A DNA stretch of 64,000 nucleotides from Octopus vulgaris. Taxonomy: Eukaryota. This document shows, in pieces, positions 25,296 to 37,584 of the stretch. The translations under genes and the position numbers were made by a program. Numbering within the stretch: the first letter of the stretch is position 1; each line of letters begins with the position of its first letter. The notes under the pieces were generated by a model, which worked only from the letters and a program-made list of their open reading frames with translations, was not told the origin of the DNA and did no database searches. The stretch covers positions 2,108,001 through 2,172,000 of the forward strand of contig OX597834.1 of NCBI GenBank assembly GCA_951406725.2, read 5' to 3'.

Positions 25296-25859
25296 AAGTG
25301 TGTGTGTGTCAACAGAATGTTAGAATGCTAATCCTACATTCCAGAAGTAATGAGTTTGAAATCTGATGCAAACATAAGGTGAAAGTTAGATTGGGACCTG
25401 TCGAAGGTGGTGAAGGTGGTGCTCCTTGTCTTTATTGAGGAACAACGATGTGGGGTGAAGTGGCTGGGTAGGGGAAGGGAGCTGAGGTCCAAGGAAGAAA
25501 TGGCTGTTGTCTGGAGTGGGTGGGTGAGAGGAGGAGATAATGGAATGAACTGTCCTCCTCCCCACTCACCCTAAAACCTTAAGCCCCCCCCCTTCCCCTC
25601 TACCCCCCCACCGTCTTTAATCTTCCGCTCCTTAAGTGTAGTTAAGTGGATCTATAGAGGAGAGATGTGTGAAGACATGCAGTTCTTGCTGTCACCATCA
25701 TCATCACCATCACCATTGTCATCATCATCACCGTCACTATTTTACCATCACTACGGCTGTCATCATCATCACCATCACCATCATCACCATCACTGTCATC
25801 ATCATCATCATTGTCCTAATAAATATCATTAGACAAAATCTTGCCTGAGACTCAAGATG

Positions 25860-26075
25860 CTGTTTAACCCTTGGCCAACCATGATCAAACAGACTTATGA
25901 TCATGGACATTCCAACCATGACCATTCAGTCTGTTTTACATGAAGAGGTTTTATGTGAAGCTGTATAGGATTACAGCATCTTGTGTGTCCTTTCCTTTTT
26001 TTAACGACATTAGGATAGGATTTGAGGGAGAGCTGGCTGCTATGTCTTGCATGTCATGGGGTTACATAGAGGTCC
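25860..26075 (+). mobile_element. Family E copy
   Basis: AGACTTATGATC..ACATTCCAACCATGACCATTC...TTTGAGGGAGAGCTGGCTGCTAT. Confidence 0.65.
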
Positions 26076-26177
26076 CTCTGTCTTGTACTCTCTTGTAGGT
26101 TTAAGGGTCATTAGAAAGGGATTGCTGGGTTAGTTTTAATTATAGGGATCAAGCCAATGTATTTGACAGTGATCGTC

Positions 26178-26340
26178 ATTATGATAATAGTTATGATAGG
26201 AGTTATGACAATATCTATGACAATGGCAGTGCATTGACAGGAGTTATGACTGGCAAAATTTATGATGGTAGTTATGACACAGACAGCAGCTATGGCACTA
26301 GTTCTGACAGCAATTATGATAGTCTTTATGATAGTGTTAT
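26178..26340. repeat. Degenerate 12-bp tandem repeat (TATGAYAGYAGY)
   Basis: About 12 imperfect units read directly. Confidence 0.75.
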
Positions 26341-26963
26341 GTTAAATATGTTGCTAAGACCATCTGTATTGTTGGCTCCTCTTTCTGCTTGTAATGCTCT
26401 TCATAAAAATGTATCTTCACAGTATCAACTAGACATCAGATGCTGTTATACACTGCTAGTCACAGTGCACTTCCAGTTCTCTCTTGGTTCCACCATTCTT
26501 TTCCTCTTGACCCCTTAATGAAATTGTCTCCCCATTGTCATTGAGGACTTCCAAGTAACCCTTTGCCAATCTCTAGGATATCACTCAGCAACTGCTCAAG
26601 TCCACCTTGGTGTCTGTGAACCTTGTGACATGTCTGGCCCAGTGGTTCTTGCACTTTTGGTATTCTGTAACCACATCATTCAACCTGATCCATTCTTGGC
26701 TTATCCCATTTTTGAAAAATGCAATCTTAATCCTTTAGAATTCAGTCAAAAGTAATAATGGGAACATAACAAAAACAGGCTGAATATTCTGGCCAGATTT
26801 GGCTCAAGTGCTGAAAGGGTTACATAACACACACGCACACACGCACACGTGCAATTAGCATGTTTAACATTTTGTTTGCTCAGACTTTAAAACACACAGA
26901 ATTTAAAATTTCTGAAGTGAACATTGAGTGTCAAACACTGTTAAATAATTTTATTTACTCTGC

Positions 26964-27087
26964 TGGGGGAGGTGGTGGTGGCGGTGGTGGTGGCGACAGT
27001 GGTAGTGGTGGCGACGGTGGTAGTGGTGGTGGTGGTGGTGGCGATGGTGGTGGTGGTGGTGGTGGTGGCGACGGTGGTGGTGGTGGT
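26964..27087. repeat. (GGT/GGC)n microsatellite
   Basis: Read directly from the sequence. Confidence 0.9.
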
Positions 27088-27369
27088 ATTGGGGTTATTT
27101 CATGTGACTCAGGGAAAAACCCTTGTTGTCTTATACAATTCTTGGTAATTAATGCTCACACATCTATGTACATATGCACACACATATGCATGTATGTGCA
27201 TAAACACACACACACACACGTGTGTATTTAAGTTTTGTTATTTCTGTTAAACTGTCTTAATTGTCTAAAATTGCATCAAAAATAAATAGATCTAGTTTTT
27301 GGAGTGTTTTCTTAATGCATACTCACACACACACACACACACATGCACATGTGCACACACACACACACA

Positions 27370-27405
<36 letters not shown>

Positions 27406-27464
27406 TGCACATGTGCACACACACACACACGTTTCGCTAATTTATTTTTGGGGGATTGTTTCTT

Positions 27465-27781
27465 CATCATCATCATCATCATCATCATCATTAGTCTCCT
27501 GATTGTCCTTATTGTCATTATCAACTCCACCCTCATCATCATCATCATCATTATCGTCTTATTAACCACATCCTCATCATCACAATCATCCATCTCATAA
27601 ATTCGTCATTGCCATCGTCATTGTCATCACCACCACCACCACAATCATTTGTCATCATCATCTTCATTAACATCGTCTTTTTCTTTATCATCATCATCAT
27701 CATCATCATCATCAGCCACATACTGTTCCTCATGCCACCACCACCACCATTTGTTGTCATTGTCTCCATCATCATCATCAT
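27465..27781. repeat. Compound (CAT)/(CAC) microsatellite
   Basis: Read directly from the sequence. Confidence 0.9.
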
Positions 27782-27989
27782 ACACGGCACTGATGTGGTG
27801 TGAATTGGTGCCACTCCAGTTGTGTAGCTTTGGTCGTTTCGAATGACTTAGTTGTTTCTTCATGGCTATAGTAGTTGTTGTGAATCTGTGATGTTCATGC
27901 ATTTCTAAAAGTCATCAGTGGCTGGCCTGTGACTAAAAAAAAAAATTATTTCACCCCTAAATAAAAGTGGATCACCTTTACCTGAACGA

Positions 27990-28170
27990 GAACCTCTCAC
28001 TGGGACCACCATGATGGTCCTCGATGTAACCCTAACACAAAACCATCTCCCTGTTGTCTTCTTCCAATTTACAGGTGCATACTCCTCCTCCACCCTCACT
28101 TTCCTGAAAAGTTGATGAGGGTTTGGTCAAAGATTAAGGTGTCTGTCATTGATCCTTTCAGTTTAGGGCC
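27990..28170 (-). pseudogene. L1/Tx1-like LINE 3' fragment (copy 1)
   Basis: Minus strand DTLIFDQTLINF..RKVRVEEE; nucleotide similarity to 29735-29810. Confidence 0.5.
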
Positions 28171-28876
28171 CATAATAAGTTGTAACTTCTATACTTAGAG
28201 AATCCGGGAGGTCATCCTGATAGGAATAGCCATCATACTAGGAAAAGTGCTAGCAACCAGGTGTTCAGGCCCATAACTTTATTGACCCCGAAAAGTTGAA
28301 AGGTAAAGTTGACCTTGGCAGAATTTGAACTCAGAACGTAACAGCAGACGAAATACCACTACACATTTTGCCTGACATGGTAACAATCCTGCCATGATGA
28401 TTTATTGGCCACAAGGTCGTATTTATAAAAATAGATATTTTGAATGATAAAAGAAGGAAGGGTTTGGCCCTGGAGGTGGAAGCGTTGTTGACATATTTTA
28501 CCAAACAAGTCATGAAGATTAAACAGATTTAACGAGGTTAAGAAATTAACATGGGTGTGTCGTACTTTAGAAAAATAGGTTTGTCTCTTTGATTGAACTG
28601 ACTGTTTGATCATGAGTCATCGACTTGATCAGAGTTGACCTGGGGTTAAATAGCAAAAACAACTGTGTTATTGTTGTTTTGATCAAAGGTTTACTGGATC
28701 TGGATTCTCCTGGGGCTAAACAACAACAAAGTGTGTGAGGGTTTGATTAGCTCTGTCTTTTATCTCTCCGAGGTCAATTGCTGAGGGATCAGCTCATGCC
28801 CCTCCCCTCAAAATTGATGGCTTTGTGTCTCAATAAAAAGAAATTCTTATTTGTGTTTCCAGACATAAGGATGTCT

Positions 28877-28913
<37 letters not shown>

Positions 28914-28949
28914 GTAATGATGATAATGATGATAATAATGATGATGATA

Positions 28950-29355
28950 ATCCTTTCTATTACAGGCACAAGGCCTGAAATTTGGGGGAGGGGGACAGTT
29001 GATCACATCAACCCCAGTATGCAACTAGTACTTAATTTATTGACCCTGAAGGGATGAAAGGCAAAGTCAACCTCAGTGGAATTTGAACTCAGTACATAGC
29101 AACAGGCGAAATACTGCTAAGCATTTCATCCAGCGCACTAACAGTTCTGCCAGCTTGTCACCTTAATAATAAAGATAGGCCCCTAAACCTGAAATTTGGT
29201 GGGGAGGGTCTTGTCGATTACATCAACCCCAGTGCTCAACTGTTACTTGTCGACCCCTGAAAGGGTGAAAGGCAAAGTTAGCTTTGGTGACAGATGGACA
29301 AACTATTACTAACCCTTTTGTCTTGTGTGTTAATGATTCTGCCAGCTCCCTACCG
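28950..29355 (-). mobile_element. Two tandem SINE family C copies next to (AAT)n
   Basis: GGCACAAGGCCTGAAATTTGGGGGAGGGG..GAAAGGCAAAGTCAACCTC..GAACTCAG, then a second, internally deleted copy. Confidence 0.85.
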
Positions 29356-29559
29356 ACAACAATAATAATAATAATTTCTTTTATTGGGCCCAAGACATGG
29401 AGGACAATATCGAAAGATGAGTTACAACACAGAAACAAAAATTACAAAAATCCTGTGGGTTTAGCATGAATGAAGGGGTGAGACTACCACATTAAAGGTA
29501 GAGAATATATAATAGGGAGTTGAGAAATAAATAATAAACAGAATCCCCAATAGTTGGGG

Positions 29560-29860
29560 GCAGTCCACTTAGAGTAATCTGGGGTAAACCCCACACAAAA
29601 ATCCCAGATTCTTCTGCCATCTCCAAGGCATAGGAAAGTGTTGTCTTGCAGTTTCTTTCCTCCTGCTTAGAAAAGCAAACTCAGAGTCGGTCCATTCAGT
29701 CTGACCACTGTCCACCACCTTTTGATAAGAAGGCAGCACCTCCCTCCCTACCCTCACCTTCCTTCTCAAATGATATTTGAAGAAGTTAATTAGGAATGTG
29801 TCTGTCTTCACACCTTTCGGATGGCTCCACCACACGGCCTCTTTTGCCACAGCCACAGTT
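29560..29860 (-). pseudogene. L1/Tx1-like LINE ORF2 C-terminus and 3' UTR (copy 2)
   Basis: VAVAKEAVWWSHPKGVKTDTFLINFFKYHLRRKVRVGREVLPS; the same peptide recurs at about 57170-57235. The clade call is from memory of such C-termini. Confidence 0.65.
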
Positions 29861-30475
29861 GCTAGTAGAGTGGCTGTGGCAGCAATTTGGATGGCAAAGA
29901 GAGGAGAAATCAATTATTTTGTCCCCAGTATTTTACTGGTACTGTATTTCATTGAGCAAAAAGGATGGAAAGCAAAGTTCACCTCAGTATTGATGGTGGT
30001 GGTGGTGGTGGTAGTATGGCTAGTAATGGTGGTGGTGTTGATGCTAGCGAAGGTGGTAGCAGTAAGTGTAGTGGTTATAGTCGGTAGTGTGAGTGGTTGT
30101 GGTGATGATCCTAATGGTGGTGGAGGTTGTAGTTGTAGTAGAGTACATTAGGATGATGTCAGTGATGATGATGGTGGTGATGGTGGTATTGATGATGATG
30201 ATGATGATAGTGATGGTGGTAGGGATGTTTATGATGTCGATGATGATGATGGTGTAAAATAGATTCCCAATTCATTGATTTCTTTCAGTGAGTAAAGTCA
30301 TTGATCTCTCTCGTGGACTAATGTCTTGCTTCATCTTCTTTGAGTAGCTTAGCTACTGGCAGTGGAGGGCGAGGATGGAGAGAGAGGAGAGGATCATTGT
30401 ACATTTGTGTGTGTGTGTGTATCTGTGTCTGTTTTGTGTCTGCTTGTGTGTGTGGTGTGTGTGTACATTTAAGCA

Positions 30476-30480
30476 TACAT

Positions 30481-30525
<45 letters not shown>

Positions 30526-30593
30526 CATATATACATATACATATATATATATATACACATACACACATACATATAAGTATACATACATATACA

Positions 30594-30626
<33 letters not shown>

Positions 30627-30709
30627 TTATACATACATGCACGTGTGTATCTGTTCTTGTACACATGTATATATATGTATACATTTATATATATACAAAC
30701 ACATATACT

Positions 30710-30745
<36 letters not shown>

Positions 30746-30950
30746 TATACGTATGTATGTATGTATGCCCATCTCATCTTTCGTCTATATAAACTTACAT
30801 CCATACTCGTACATGTACAATGATACTTATGCACAATTACCAATACACATTCACACGCATACATGCACTCTTCCACACACATGCACACACACACCAACTG
30901 CAACAGTATATATATATGTATATATATGTATGTATATGTATGTATATATG
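30476..30950. repeat. Compound (AT)/(AC)/(ATAC) microsatellite field
   Basis: Read directly; it generates the many YI/HT/CV ORFs in the track. Confidence 0.95.
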
Positions 30951-31266
30951 TGTTTCTGGCATGATTGATTTGTCCGCCTCTTCCCACCCCCCTCCAGCTC
31001 ATCATCTCTGTATAAACCTCTCACCCTGTTTATTTCCCCTTCTACTCTTCCTCGATGCTACGCAGCCCCTCCGCATCCCCTGCCCTACCATGATGTCATA
31101 GAATCACTCTACACACAGCGCTAAAGTAGAATAGTACAAAACTGGTGGAACTGTTGCAAGAAAGCAGAGTCTCTTCTTCTCTCGTATCTATATTCATAGC
31201 TTTCTGATTATACTAATATATATATATATATCCTTGTAATTATACTATATACATACATATATATGC

Positions 31267-31304
<38 letters not shown>

Positions 31305-31796
31305 TGGTATTTAGATACAAACGCGTATTAGACATATATTGAACAACAGCTTTGTCTGGTCAGTCCTTCTGTTGACCATCAGTATCATGTTGATTGTGTG
31401 TGGTTAGCCAAACAACTGACCAAATAATGCTGTTCTCATAAATTAACATATATTAGACTCTACACACTGTTATTGAGTACTTTTATGTAAGAAAAACACA
31501 TATAACTGCATATCTCTCCCTGTCTTTCACAATATATATAAGTGTGTGTGTGTGTGTGTGTGTTTAATTAAATAATTAAGTGATCTGCTGTTGTAAAAAG
31601 CATCCGATATATTTAAGTCCTGTAGTATTATAGTATTATAAAGATTTGTGTTGGTCAATATGGTACAAGTTACAACGTGTTTCACCGTGGGGAAGCAGTT
31701 CAGCCGAGATACAGGGAAATAGGTAGCATTTAATCATTTAAAGGTAAATAATTTAAATGCTTAAATGTGTAGGTGTGTGCGTCCATATATATATAT

Positions 31797-31980
31797 CATC
31801 ATCATCATCATTTAACGTCCATTTTCCATGCTGGCATGGGTTGGACAGTTTAACCAGGGCTGGCACACTGGGAAGCTGCACCAGACTCCGGTCTGGTTTG
31901 GCATGGTTTCTACAGCTGGATGCCCTTCCTAACGCCAATCACTCCGAGACTGTAGTGGGTGCTTTTAAGTGTCACTGCAC
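31797..31980 (-). mobile_element. SINE family D 3' part
   Basis: CATCATCATTTAACGTCCATTTTCCATGCTGGCATGGG..GGATGCCCTTCCTAACGCCAA. Confidence 0.88.
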
Positions 31981-31986
31981 AGCTCT

Positions 31987-32026
<40 letters not shown>

Positions 32027-32089
32027 CCTTAAGAGCAACCATGAACCTCGCTGTCAGGTGAAAATATATATATATATATATATATATTA

Positions 32090-32309
32090 TATTTTTATTT
32101 GTTTTAATCATTTGACTGTGGCCATGCTGGAGCACCACCTTTAGCCAAGCAAATCGACCTTAGGACTTATTCTTTGTAAGCCTAGTACTTATTCTATCGG
32201 TCTCTTTTGCCGAACCGCTAAGTTATGGGGACGTAAACACACCAGCATCGGTTGTCTAGCAATGTTGTGTGGTGAGGACAAACACTGACGCACAAACATA
32301 TACATACAT

Positions 32310-32354
<45 letters not shown>

Positions 32355-32502
32355 GCTTCTTTCAGTTTCCGTCTACCAAATCCACTCACAATGCTTTGGT
32401 TGGCCTGAGGCTATAGTAGAAGACTCTTGTGCAAGGTGCCACGCAGTGGGACTGGACCCAGAAAATGTGGTTGGTAAGCAAGTTACTTACCACACAGCTA
32501 CA

Positions 32503-32506
<4 letters not shown>
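32090..32506 (-). mobile_element. SINE family A, full length, with expanded internal (AT)n
   Basis: Collinear with 13372-13746. Confidence 0.9.
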
Positions 32507-32546
<40 letters not shown>

Positions 32547-32569
32547 GTGTGTGTGTGTGTGTGTGTATC

Positions 32570-32860
32570 GTTTGTAAAAAGCATCAATCCAAAAGAAGAA
32601 GCCCACTCTAAGATGTAGAGAAGTATATATTAAAAATGGGGAAGGCCGGTTTATGGGGTTACCTTAGATTTCCTGTCCATAAAGGGTTTAGTTTTATGGC
32701 GGATTGTCAGATACCAAAAACCTGTTGGCCTATTTTGTTGGCTCTTATTTTTAAGAGGTTTTGGGCCAACAGGTTTTTGTGATCTGATGATGCATCGTAA
32801 AGCTAAACCCTTTAAGGATGGTAATCCCATAAACCAGCCTTCCCCATTTTTTAGTATATA
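32570..32860 (-). mobile_element. Foldback element with hammerhead-like arms plus 54-bp tail (probable Penelope-like pLTR remnant), copy 1
   Basis: Palindrome 32624-32860. The tail 32570-32623 is the exact reverse complement of 47240-47293. Arms contain CTGAYRA-stem-GAAA..GTA motifs. Confidence 0.75.
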
Positions 32861-32862
32861 TG

Positions 32863-33138
32863 CAGGATCATATGTATATATGTTGTGGAGTCGCAACAAA
32901 AAACTCTGATTCCTCACCTATTGGCACCTCCGACTCTGACTCCTCTTTATGTAATCAAGTGATTGTGGTCTACACATCCCATAAAGCATACGCTTGTACT
33001 TTGAGTAGGTCTACCTCTTATAACTGGTTTATATTAAAGAATAAAGATACTGTCAGTCGGAGTCAGTAAAGCCATACCGACTCTGACTCCAGCTACCCCT
33101 TAATAGTTTCCAACTCTGCTTGCGACTCCACAGACCTG
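32863..33138. mobile_element. hAT-like MITE with subterminal CCGACT-type repeats
   Basis: CAGG..TGTGGAGTCGCA / TGCGACTCCACAGACCTG inverted ends; internal CCGACTCTGACTCC twice. Confidence 0.7.
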
Positions 33139-33142
33139 TATA

Positions 33143-33175
<33 letters not shown>

Positions 33176-33192
33176 GTAATCATACGGTAGTT

Positions 33193-33500
33193 AAGGCATG
33201 TGACTTAGTGTTTGGCTTTTTGACTCATGAGTCTGATTCTTGGTGGTGTTGTGTCCTTGAGCAAGATCCTTTATTTCACGTTGCTCCAGTCCACTCAGCT
33301 GGCAAAAATGAGTTGTACCAGTAATTCAAAGGGGCCGGCCTTGTTGCACTCTGTGTCACACTGAATCTCCCTCAGAACTATGTTAAGGGCACATGTGTCT
33401 GTGGAGTACTCAGCCACTTGCATGTTAATTTCACGAGCTGACTGTTCCGTTGATCGGATCAACTGGAACACTCGTCATCATAAGCGGTGGAGTACCAAAT
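33193..33500 (+). mobile_element. SINE family B, tail variant 1
   Basis: GTGTCCTTGAGCAAGATCCTTTATTTCACGTTGCTCCAGTCCACTCAGCTGGCAAAAATGAG...GATCGGATCAACTGGAAC; inverse copy at 41545. Confidence 0.85.
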
Positions 33501-33892
33501 CATATGGTCGTGTGATTCCTTTAGTTGTGTCTCACCAAGAACCACTTGACTCCTCTGGCACTGGTACCACGAGAAAATGCACTCAATACTCAATGCAAAG
33601 TGGTTGGTAATAGGAAGAGTGTCCAGGCGTTGAAGCCAAGCCAAGTGACGTGAGTGCTGCCGCTTGGGAGTGGTAACTCCTAAAAAGAAATGACTTGTGC
33701 TGTGGCACCTCGTCCAACCTCCACCATTGGCAGAATGGAAAGCAGGTTTAAGAGGTTGGGGATGATACCTTGTCTAACTCGTGATGGTATGGGAAAAAAA
33801 ACGGGCACAAAATGAGTGTGTGTGTATGTCTGTGTATGTGTGTGTGTGTGTGTGTATACTAATCCATGTTTTATGCACACACACACACACAC

Positions 33893-34122
33893 CTGTTAAA
33901 CCTGTGCCCTCTTTTGCTGAACTGCTGTGTTACGGAGATACAAACACACCAACACCGGTTGTCAAATGGTGGTGGTGGTGGTGGGGCAATCACAGACACA
34001 CATACACACACTCACACACACTCGCACGACGAGCTTCTTTCAGTTTCCATCTACCAAATCCACTCCCAAAGCAGTTGTAGGAAACACTTGTCCAAGGTGC
34101 CACACAATGGGATTGAACCCAA
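33893..34122 (-). mobile_element. SINE family A, internal fragment
   Basis: AAACACACCAACACCGGTTGTCAA..GCTTCTTTCAGTTTCCATCTACCAAATCCACTC..CAAGGTGCCAC. Confidence 0.8.
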
Positions 34123-34219
34123 AACAAGCTTTTATGTATGTAATTTTAATTATTATTAATTATCATTATCATTATTATTAACATTAGTAAAAATAGTAAT
34201 ATTCACTTCTGTATTTTGC

Positions 34220-34530
34220 TTTTTGCAAATGTCCAAGGGGGTTGAACCTGTGTCTTTACTTTCATCTCCCTCTTCATGCAGCGAAAGGTGAAAATGCAAG
34301 AGGGAACCCTGAGGCCAACCCTTCAGCATCTTCAAACGGATGATGGCCAAAATGTTTATAGTTCCATTCACTAAACAGTTTCTTTCATCATAACCACCAG
34401 ATATAGAAGATGATTCCCCCCACCCCCATCTAAAGGAATGAAGTGGAATGATAATCACAATGGACTCAGCTGTAACCATCCACCTACACATCATGGACAG
34501 CTGTTGGGCATAATTTCACAAGATGGTTTG
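34220..34530 (-). pseudogene. L1/Tx1-like LINE 3' fragment (copy 3)
   Basis: TAESIVIIIPLHSF..LVVMMKETV...MKREMKVK parallels the copies at 29560 and 56930. Confidence 0.5.
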
Positions 34531-34546
34531 GGTGATGATGATAATA

Positions 34547-35101
34547 AAATGCCCTGATGCAGTACCAGGCAGGCTTCTCATGGCTTCTCATCTTAACTGG
34601 TTGGAAGTGCTATCATGTACATTGTTTTGTCTTCGTATAAAAGATGGACAACACCAAATATTCTGCTCAATACCACAGATTTGCTTGTCAGTTGTTTGAC
34701 CGTAAGCATTTGAGCATGTCCCTTAGTGGCTGACGATATGTGCATCTCTGATCACGAGCAGAAGTAGTGGGGGAGCATCATAGCCATGTGTTGAGAGGGA
34801 TTCTTTGGGGTTTGAATAATTCACCTCTGGAAACATAGGTGTTTCATTCGACAACCTTTAACAAACTTTATCCAAAGATCATCTGAGTGGGATGGGCTAC
34901 TTGATCTGAAAATTCTAACAGAGCCCCACCTGTGAGGTCTTACGCTGTTTATCTTGATATGAGATCACCATGTCACACACATAAGGTTGTGATGCATGTG
35001 CCTGGTGTACTCTTATCAGACGAGTAGTCATGATGGGTATATTGAGCTTCGTATATTTGTACCCCAGTGTCATTTTGATGGCATTCACTACTCTCTCACT
35101 C
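34547..35101. mobile_element. ~555-bp non-coding insertion flanked by (AAT)-type repeats
   Basis: Sharp transitions ATAATAA|AATGCCCTGATGCAG ... CTCTCACTC|AATAATAAT. Single copy in this window; I recall it as an octopus interspersed repeat but cannot verify that. Confidence 0.5.
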
Positions 35102-35109
35102 AATAATAA

Positions 35110-35770
35110 TGATTTCAAATTTTGGTTGAAGACCTGCAAGTTTGGTGGGAGGGGGCATAAGTTGATTACATCAACCCCAGTGCAGGACTGGTACTTATTT
35201 TATCGACCACAAAAGGATGAAAGGCAAAGTTGTCCTCTGCAGAATTTGAACTCAGAATGTGAAGATGACGAAATACTGCTAATCATTTCATCTGGTGTGC
35301 TAACGATTCTGCCAGCTCACTGCACTACTACTACTACTACTACTACAACTAACAATAATAATAATAATCCCTTTCTACTATAGGCACAAGGCCTGAAATT
35401 TGGGGGAGGGGATTAATTGATTACGTCGACCCCTGTGTTTTACTGGTAATTCATTTATTGACCCCGAAAGGATCAAAGGCAAATTCGACCTTGGCAGAAT
35501 TTGAACTCTGAACATTGTGATGGGTGAAATACCGCTAAGCATTCCATCCAGAATGTTAGCCATCCTGCCAGCTCGCTGCCTTAAATAATAATAAGAAGAA
35601 GAATAACAATAATAACAAGCCTTTCTACAGTGGGCATAAGGTGTGAAATTTCTTTTTAGGGGAGGGGTGTAGTTGATTCTATTGACCCTTGTGCTCAACT
35701 GGTACCTATTTCTTTGACCTCAAAAGGATAAAAGGCAGAGTTGACCTCAGTGAAATTTGAACTCAGAACC
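35110..35770 (-). mobile_element. Head-to-tail array of three SINE family C copies
   Basis: Units at about 35110-35325, 35365-35582 and 35618-35770, separated by (ACT)/(AAT)n. Confidence 0.88.
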
Positions 35771-37535
35771 TAGAGATCCTGAAGAAAAAAAATGTTTCCG
35801 AAATCCTTCTTATAGTTATAATCATTAGTGCTGTGCATTGGTAGAACTGGTGTAGTCATGGGTGGTGTGGAGGTGGTGAGAGGGAATTGGGGGTGGAATC
35901 GGTGCAGTGCCAGGTCGGGGGATGGGTAGAGTTGATGCAACATCAGGATTGGGGGATCGGTAAAGTGTTTGACAGAATGCTTTGCAATATGTCGTTCTGA
36001 GTTCAAATCCTGCTGATCTTGACTTCACATTTCCACCTTTCAGTGTGGATCAATACAAATCCTCTATCAGTCACCTACTGGGCAGGGGGGGGGGGTATCG
36101 ATCCTTACCATTGATACACACTTCTCCCTTCTTCCAAAATTTCATGGTCATGTGACTGTCAGAATTTATTGTTTTTGTTTGTTTTATTTTTGGTGTTCAG
36201 AATTTCTATTTCTTCAGTTTTTCTCTCTTTTTCCTTTTTCTTCCCCATCGTTTATATTCTTATTTGCTTACTAAAATAGCTTCTGTTAAAATTAGTTTCT
36301 AAGGCTGGCTGCAGCAGTAACAGCGAGCAGGATTTCAAATGATATTTTTTTTTTTTCATCTTCAACATTGATTTTTCTTTCCCCTCACCCCCCACCCCAC
36401 ATCACCGTTTCCCCTCCTCGACTCCACTTAATGTTGGAGGAGAGATCTCTGCCAGTGACATGACTCCACCCCGTACCCTCCTCTCTCCTCCACCAATGCC
36501 GCCTTCCCTCTCCTCCCACCACACCCTCCTTCTTCCTCCCCCTCCGTTCCAGTTCCTTGTCCCAGTTTAGGATCGTTGTCGGTTAACGCAGTCATTGCTC
36601 CGCAGTTCCACAGTAACCGACGCCAACACTCTCACCTGGATTCTTAAGAGTTGTGTGTGTGTGTGCGTGTGTGTATGTGTGTGTGTGTGTGTATGTATAG
36701 AGGCATTTGTATTTATGTAAGTGTATGTGTGTGTGAATAAGTCTGTGTTTATGTGTCTGCATATAGGTGAATGTGTGCATGTTAACGTGTGTTCATGTGT
36801 GCGTGTATATATACACACATACACACACACATGCATATACACTACAAAATTCATTCATCTAACCTCTACAAGTGCTACATAGAGTGATGTGTGCAATGCA
36901 AACGTCAGACCCCTGTGTGTGTGTATATATGTATGTATATACACATTCCCATATATACTGAAATACGCACAGATTATTGAAATATACAGGCAGTGCCCCA
37001 GTAGGGTCTCAGCTTTGTTGATTTAAACAAAGTAAACAATATGCTTATACACACAGGAACACATATTCACTCTCCACTCATAAAGTACACCATACACATA
37101 CATTATGTATTGTACTTACATAGACATACCTACAGCACACAGACATAGATATGTGTACACACACACACACACACGCATAGATATATACATACATGTATAT
37201 ACACACACACACATGAATATATTCCTTATGTATCAACTATTTTCCCTCCAGTTGTAAACAATTTTTCACCAATCCACACACACACATGTATGCATATATA
37301 TGCATGCACACACACAGAAATACACACAAACATGTAGCACCACTGTCTGACCCCCCACGCCACCACCCCCACTCATTTACGACTTCATCCACCAACGACC
37401 CAACCAACCAACCAACCAACCAACCAACCAGACAAAGGAACACCATTATGTTCCTGCAATAAAGTAGAAAGGTGTCTGATAGAAGCTAATGGAGTTAGGA
37501 TAATAAGTAAATGTGCAACTGACATCACACACACA

Positions 37536-37584
<49 letters not shown>

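Noticed and set aside
26860-27231. Gly-rich 123-aa ORF
   Set aside because: It is explained by (GGT)n and (CA)n microsatellites, with no splice or domain evidence.
30318-31005. Many overlapping ORFs up to 197 aa ([12 protein letters not shown]), and similar ORFs at 30-565, 46230-46762 and 58307-58547
   Set aside because: They are translations of stop-free dinucleotide microsatellites open in several frames on both strands.
34156-34494. ORF containing GWPQGSLL, like the RT motif GVPQGS, plus a good + strand acceptor at 34281
   Set aside because: Flanking peptides align instead with the L1/Tx1-like C-terminal fragments elsewhere in the window; no YADD motif follows.
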